Part shown: piece by piece, positions 58,332-64,000 of the stretch
Layout: the number at the start of each line of letters is the position of its first letter
How positions within the stretch are numbered: position 1 is the first letter of the stretch
Origin: Picochlorum sp. SENEW3
Taxonomy: Eukaryota
Direction of reading: 5' to 3'
Length of the DNA: 64,000 bases
Assembly (NCBI GenBank): GCA_034226945.1
Contig: CP120457.1
Location: 868,001 to 932,000 of the forward strand
Made by a program: the position numbers and the translations under genes
The notes under the pieces: generated by a model
Seen by the model: the letters and a program-made list of their open reading frames with translations, nothing else
Database searches by the model: none
What the model was told of the DNA's origin: nothing

Positions 58332-59813
58332 CTATACGACAGCAAGAACGCGCTGTTGGCCAGCGATGGACAACACTTTGTGCAAAATTCTATCCAGATA
58401 ACCCATTTTTGTGGGTGCTTGGTGGTGCTCGGATGGCACCAAGTCTTCATTCCTGACAAACTTGGTGATCATTTCCAATGCCGATTTCCCCTGATCCATT
58501 GGCACCATATGGCCAGCTCCTTTGACACTGACAAACGATAGTGGACCAACCTGGGTTACAATACCAGCGTCTTCTCCAGACTCCAGTGTCCAGGACACAT
58601 TCTGGGCCTGTGCCCATTCTTTTGAACGCTCCCATTCCAGCGCATCAACCCACTGTCGATTGCCCAACTCATTACAGATAATATCCTTATCTCCCGCATA
58701 TATCATTACTCGTACACCAGCCGCAAGCATCTCTGGCAGCACCGTGTCAAAACGATGGCCCCAATCACTCATCATATCCTCATGCACACTCATATTGCAT
58801 TCCTCCCATGTCATATCCTGTGGCACACCAAACTCCTTCTTCACATGATCTTGATTCAGGAATTCATTCAACAGACTAAAGTCGTAGCACAAATCTCCCT
58901 CACATTTCTTTCTGTAATCATACACATTGATGTCTGGGTTCTCCACCAATATCGGCGTAAACATGAGAGCCTGACAGAATTGCACAGCCAAATAACACTC
59001 TGTCGAAATAGAATACTCATCGCAAGCATCCAATGCATACTTGCATGCTGGATACAACGAATTCATCCTGTCTCTGGATGTCTCGCTCAAAAGCCCATGC
59101 TGATATGCAAAATCTGGATAGGCACCATACTGAATAGCAGGATATGTCAAACCATTCCCAATCGCAAGACCCTTCAATGAAATCTCAAGCGCATCCTTTT
59201 GGATCGCCTTGAACAATTTATAGCTCACAGCAGGAACATAATGTCCAGCATAGCTCTCCCCTGTAATATATAGATCTCTGTTCTTCAGCTCTGGCCTCGC
59301 ATCCAACAACGCCACCATAAAGTCCAGCATATCATTCGACACACACTCTTCATCATAACACCTATCTTCTGGGTTATCAGAGTACGAAAACCCGGTATTG
59401 ATGGGCTGATCGACGTAAATCATCGTGGCCACGTTGTCCCACCCATATGGGGTCTCCTCCAACTGCATCTGTCCATCCTCGCCCTTGTGAATATTCCAAG
59501 GCCCATTCTCGTAAAACACAGCCATCTCAGAACTACATCCAGGCCCACCAGTCATCCATACAACCACAGGAGCGTCCTCATCCCCAGTCCGAGACTCGAA
59601 CATGAAGAAAAACATGTGGGCGTCATACGTCCTCGCCAACTTGAAATACCCAGAATGATACCGCGTCTCTTCCACTTCAGAATTTGTATCATATTGTCCC
59701 TTATATGGATTGACAGACTTGATACGAATCCTACCAGCGTCCTCTGCTGTTGCTCCGAGAGCCAAACCCAACCACGTAAGCAATACAAACGCGAGTGCAC
59801 CCTTGGCAATCAT
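58332..59813 (-). CDS. Serine carboxypeptidase S10 (CPY-like), secreted or vacuolar
   Basis: WMTGGPGCSS, DQPINTGFS, GESYAGHY, GDKDIICN and AGHMVPMDQ motifs. Confidence 0.95.
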   Translation of the reverse strand: MIAKGALAFVLLTWLGLALGATAEDAGRIRIKSVNPYKGQYDTNSEVEETRYHSGYFKLARTYDAHMFFFMFESRTGDEDAPVVVWMTGGPGCSSEMAVFYENGPWNIHKGEDGQMQLEETPYGWDNVATMIYVDQPINTGFSYSDNPEDRCYDEECVSNDMLDFMVALLDARPELKNRDLYITGESYAGHYVPAVSYKLFKAIQKDALEISLKGLAIGNGLTYPAIQYGAYPDFAYQHGLLSETSRDRMNSLYPACKYALDACDEYSISTECYLAVQFCQALMFTPILVENPDINVYDYRKKCEGDLCYDFSLLNEFLNQDHVKKEFGVPQDMTWEECNMSVHEDMMSDWGHRFDTVLPEMLAAGVRVMIYAGDKDIICNELGNRQWVDALEWERSKEWAQAQNVSWTLESGEDAGIVTQVGPLSFVSVKGAGHMVPMDQGKSALEMITKFVRNEDLVPSEHHQAPTKMGYLDRILHKVLSIAGQQRVLAVV

Positions 59814-60322
59814 TCTGAATCTTGATGTATCAAATTCTAATCACACTTGAAACAGAACGACACGCGTCAATACAATCAACACCCGTGCCCTCTTTTATTT
59901 TTATTGTTTTCAAACAAACCAGGAGGCAGAGCTAGCTCTTCCGTGCAATGCTCCCAACCGTACTCTAAATCCTGCTGCTACTGTCTTTACTCAACAGAGA
60001 TGTAAAAATATACAACGGTTTGGGGGTCGAGTGATGGATCATCAACCGTTCATCTGACACATCTCTGTAAAAAAAATGTAAACACATAGAAAGCTGTCTT
60101 TACTTGAAAAGAAGACAATCACCCTTCACCATCCATGGTAATCACCGTTCACTGTTCAAAGACGACGAAGATATTGTGACGAATGTTCGCGATAGTCGAC
60201 CTTGACCTGATAGGTAATACATCTCTTTACAAGCACGTGGTCATGTCTCACAGGAACAAACATTCTTCTGTTTGGTACTCGTCATGCATGGATGACCATG
60301 CAACAGGAAATCTATTCATGTG

Positions 60323-60337
60323 CCTCTAGAACCTTCC
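60323..60337. promoter_or_regulatory. Possible imperfect heat-shock element upstream of the HSF gene
   Basis: cCTCtaGAAccTTCc: alternating nGAAn units with one mismatch; such short motifs also arise by chance. Confidence 0.25.
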
Positions 60338-60635
60338 ACAATGACCTCCTCTGTCTCTTCACTCGCTCAAAAGAATGCCTTGCCCATTCTCCAATCCATA
60401 GATAAACACGCATGCTGAAAGAGATCGTTGATGGCATCCTTGAGAGGATGATGGTATCCAGTAAGTAGAAAAACGTCCATCAATGAATCATGGACCATTA
60501 TTCCATGTCCATTCATGGGACCCAGCAGTGGAAGATGACGTCTATGCACCAGTAGTAGGTACCCAATCGAGACTAAATATTCTAAAAATACTACTGAAAT
60601 AGTAATACCATACTATTCATAGAAATAGAATCAGT

Positions 60636-61964
60636 ATGGGGGTGACGACGAGGTTGAAGAGTGCTCCACGACAGCAGTCTTCCTTCACTGGGATTGACAG
60701 CGTCGGTGACGAGGAGAAGAGTACTGCTGGGGATAAAAGTAAAAAGCAATCGTCTAATCAACCACCCCCATTCCTGGTGAAGACGTATGAGCTTGTGGAC
60801 GAACCTCTGACCGATCCGATTGTGTCCTGGGGAGCCGAGGGACTTAGTTTTATCGTATGGAAGCCTGCGGAGTTTGCAAGAGATTTACTGCCTCTTCATT
60901 TTAAACATAATAACTTTTCCAGCTTTGTTCGTCAGTTGAACACGTATGGGTTTCGGAAAGTGGACCCTGATAGGTGGGAGTTTGCCAACGAGCATTTTCT
61001 GAGGGATCGGAGGGATCAGTTGGTCTTTATCCAGCGAAAAAAGAAGAATGCGTCTGATAAGAGTCAAAAGTATGGGATGTCTGTCGATGGGGAGGTGGGG
61101 ACGCCGTACGCAGCGTTGGAAGTTGGTGCCTATGGTGGGCTTCAGGCTGAGGTGGATGCGTTGAAGAGGGATAGGACGCTGTTGATGCAGGAAGTGATTC
61201 GTCTGAGAAAGTCACAGCAGTCTTCGGAAGGGGAGATACGGGCCTTGTCTAAAAAGGTGGATGTGTCAGAGAAGAGGCAGCAGCAAATGATTGCATTCTT
61301 TGCTCAGGCGTTACAAAATCCATCGCTCGTGCAGCATTATATAGCATCGTCTCCTAGTATAAAGCGTTTGGAGGATGGGACGAGTAGGAGACGTAAGCGG
61401 ACGAAGAAGAGTGCGAATGCAGGCATGTATACTGGGAATGAGTCTGGATCTGATGATGGAGGGTATACTGGGGGAGGAGAGATGGTGGTGCACCAGGGGA
61501 AGCAAAGGGATGGTAATCAGCTCTTTTCAGAGTTGTCGAAAGCTTTTACAAAGATGTTGACAACTGGGGAAGACGACAATGATGATCTTGATCATGATGT
61601 GCCGGGGAGTACAAACAACATCCACGCTTTGCTGGATAATGGTCAAGCAAACATGAAGGGGCCTCGTGTTGAGGAAGCATCAGACTCTTTTGGTCAACAG
61701 AGGGAATTTGGAGACTCTATATATAATCCATCACCAGCGTTTGTGACAGAACCAGAGGGATTTGCAAACTACAATGATGGTGCCAATGGTCTTCCAGAGT
61801 GGCAGGAACCTCACTCTGACGACTTGATCGCCCCAGATAGTTTGCCCTCGCTGAATCTGGAGGATTTAGATCTGGATAAAATCCCTGATATGTTACCACC
61901 CCATGATACGCTGGACCTGACAGAGTCTGAACTGGAGAAATTTGGTCAACAGTGGGAGAAGTAA
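60636..61964 (+). CDS. HSF1: Heat shock transcription factor (class A-like)
   Basis: PPPFLVKTY...[34 protein letters not shown]-binding domain; HR-A/B coiled coil; NLS RRRKR. Confidence 0.93.
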   Translation: MGVTTRLKSAPRQQSSFTGIDSVGDEEKSTAGDKSKKQSSNQPPPFLVKTYELVDEPLTDPIVSWGAEGLSFIVWKPAEFARDLLPLHFKHNNFSSFVRQLNTYGFRKVDPDRWEFANEHFLRDRRDQLVFIQRKKKNASDKSQKYGMSVDGEVGTPYAALEVGAYGGLQAEVDALKRDRTLLMQEVIRLRKSQQSSEGEIRALSKKVDVSEKRQQQMIAFFAQALQNPSLVQHYIASSPSIKRLEDGTSRRRKRTKKSANAGMYTGNESGSDDGGYTGGGEMVVHQGKQRDGNQLFSELSKAFTKMLTTGEDDNDDLDHDVPGSTNNIHALLDNGQANMKGPRVEEASDSFGQQREFGDSIYNPSPAFVTEPEGFANYNDGANGLPEWQEPHSDDLIAPDSLPSLNLEDLDLDKIPDMLPPHDTLDLTESELEKFGQQWEK

Positions 61965-62086
61965 TCTTCTGTCATGTTATGATACTACTACGACTATGAT
62001 ACGTTTATTCTTTTCTTTTTTTCATTCATTTAACATGGCAGACTGTTCATTTCGGTCCATTTTCTCATGACAATACCCATGGATTC

Positions 62087-62822
62087 TTACAACAAAGAGA
62101 CAATATCAGATTCAATATCTGCAGGGGTGGTTGTGCTTCCGTACCGCTTCACCACCTCTCCTGATCGATTTGCCAGAAACTTGGTGAAATTCCACTTGAT
62201 GTCGTCTCCTAGGAGACCTCCTTGCTTTGCCTTCAAGTACGTCCATAATGGCTCTTCCTCAGGACCATTGACATCACCTTTCATCAACATTGGGAACTTT
62301 GCACCTTTGCGTTCCGCGAAAGATTTGATCGATGCATTACTTCCTGGCTCCTGCCCACCAAACATGTTACATGGTTGGGCAATGACCTCAAATCCCTGCG
62401 AGTTGTACTTGTTGTACAACTCCACCAAGTCATTGTATTGTGGTGTAAACCCACACTGTGACGCGACATTCACGATCAAAAGAACCTGAATTGTAGATAT
62501 ACCACCCTGGTCACCCTTTATTATTGTGATTGTGACATGCCCGTTCAAACGAGGCACCACCATCCCACCTGGGTCTCCTAGAACAAGAAAACAAGGCCCG
62601 TACCTTTCCTTTGAACTGACTCATGGATACATCCTTTCCGTCGATTGTCTTCACTTGGACATCATACAGAGAGTCTGGAACAGTTTTTCCACCACCGAAC
62701 AAGGCCATTGTGCGAACAGACGAACGACGTGGGCCAGAGACTCTGGCTTGAGCGTTTATCTGGCTACGAGTGGTTCTCGCCACGTATTGGCGCATAGAAC
62801 GCTGCAAGGATACAGACTTCAT
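62087..62822 (-). CDS. GPX: Cys-type glutathione peroxidase with transit peptide; exons 62822-62604, 62485-62087
   Basis: VNVASQCGFT, PCNMFGGQEPG and IKWNFTKFL motifs. Confidence 0.93.
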
Positions 62823-63031
62823 CTCGTTATCAAATATATTACTTGTCAGGTATATTTTGGTACAATAAGTTGTGTGGATCGTGGAATGCGAAGAGATCGA
62901 TCAAATTCCACGTACGTGCCGAGATCTCCAAATGTAAAGATCTGCCTTCCTTACAAAAGAAAACTGTTTTGATCATTGGCTCAGCTGTGCACAGGTATGA
63001 AGCATATATATTGCAAATTAGATGCATAATT

Positions 63032-63392
63032 ATGGGTGATATGGATGGAATAAAGAATGAGCGGCTAAGGCATGATGGTTTGGAGAGTTTTAGTGCAGAC
63101 GGAGACTGGGATGTGCAGAAGAAGCGTAGTCCACTGGTAATGGTTGGTACGACGGTCACACTGACACAATGGTATTATATTGATGCGAAATAATGTTTTA
63201 TTGGTGTTTGTAGGTGCACTTGTGACGGGTGGTGTGCTCATGGGTGGTTTGCTTGCTTACAGAAGTGGGAACAAAAATCTGTCACAGAGTATGATGAGAG
63301 CGCGTGTGGTTGCTCAAGGTGTGACAGTGGCACTAATGCTTGGAACCTCTGGTGCCATGGCAATGGAGAGAGGAAAACAGCATACTGCATAG
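63032..63392 (+). CDS. HIG1-domain protein (Rcf1-like); intron 63147-63213
   Basis: SPLVMVGALVTGGVLMGGL..YRSGNKNLSQSMMRARVVAQGVTV. Confidence 0.88.
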
Positions 63393-63508
63393 GTGTTTGT
63401 TACTGCAGTTGCTTCTGTACTCTTGATTACGCATTCTCCAAGAACATCAGCACTTTCTTGATCATGATGACTATTTCACACGAATAAAAATAATGTCAAT
63501 TTGACTAC

Positions 63509-63952
63509 CTATACATGGCGATTTTTACTCTGATTCGTTGGAAAATTAATGTCTTTAACACACAATATTGATGTCGCCCTTGATGATTCAGGGTGTGGTT
63601 CCCTGACACGAGCTCCTTCAATATCCGATACATCCATTGCGTCTCTCAAGAATTTGCCTTGTTCTTCCAACGGCGGTTCGTCAACAGGCCACACATAGGA
63701 TGGATCCAAGGGATTCCTGACATGGTTGCTCACCATAGGGACCCTAGGGCGGGCTCCTTGGACTTCAACTTTCACTACTTCATGGGGACTGATGTATTGC
63801 TTCGGTTCCGATCCAGTAATACCTTTTGTTGACAAGGTCCCGTGAGGTGCCGATTGAATAGGCACACCCCCGCAATCAAAGTCAATATTGCTCACATGAA
63901 AACTGTAGCTGTCAGAGTACTCTCCCCTCTTTTTCTTTCTTTGGTTTTCCAT
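63509..63952 (-). CDS. Hypothetical protein with NPLxPxY / DIEGA-type motifs; possibly the last exon of a gene extending beyond the window
   Basis: 147-aa ORF with RNPLDPSY and DVSDIEGA; splice-acceptor-like ctttcag just upstream. Confidence 0.5.
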   Translation of the reverse strand: MENQRKKKRGEYSDSYSFHVSNIDFDCGGVPIQSAPHGTLSTKGITGSEPKQYISPHEVVKVEVQGARPRVPMVSNHVRNPLDPSYVWPVDEPPLEEQGKFLRDAMDVSDIEGARVREPHPESSRATSILCVKDINFPTNQSKNRHV

Positions 63953-64000
63953 GGCATACTCCTTTTTCAGTACTGAAAGAGAAAGAGTCGCTTTTGTTTG

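Noticed and set aside
62087..62822. Possible selenoprotein GPX with UGA recoding
   Set aside because: The active-site codon is TGT (Cys) in VASQCG and there is no in-frame TGA

Overview
Gene-dense nuclear DNA from a eukaryote. About 40 protein-coding genes are present, with short GT-AG introns, very small intergenic gaps and TGTAA poly(A)-type signals. It also carries a plastid-type sigma factor, a PTS2-bearing MenB and an Alfin-domain gene. Together these point to a small-genome green alga, probably Trebouxiophyceae such as Picochlorum (inference). Most genes are housekeeping: RPSA, pyruvate kinase, CTP synthase, FPGS, HSF, GPX, Trm10, ataxin-10, carboxypeptidase and others. Several spliced models missing or incomplete in the ORF track were rebuilt by hand: prefoldin 1, Alfin-like, NDUFB2, a 75-aa microprotein and the Trm10 N-terminal exon. 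Most notable: (1) a relic Fanzor/TnpB-type C-terminus (RC-x4-C...WNRDVNAAIN) between BCCIP and a tRNA-Phe gene; (2) an Alfin domain fused to a Tudor-like module instead of a PHD finger; (3) a secreted PAN-like/Pro-linker/7-blade bacterial-type propeller protein with very recent internal duplication; (4) an LRR receptor with a Raf-like kinase near a KAPP-like FHA-PP2C; (5) three short tandem duplications at convergent 3' ends; (6) two convergent gene pairs with overlapping stop codons (TTAG). All family calls come from motif recognition by eye; no database searches were run.
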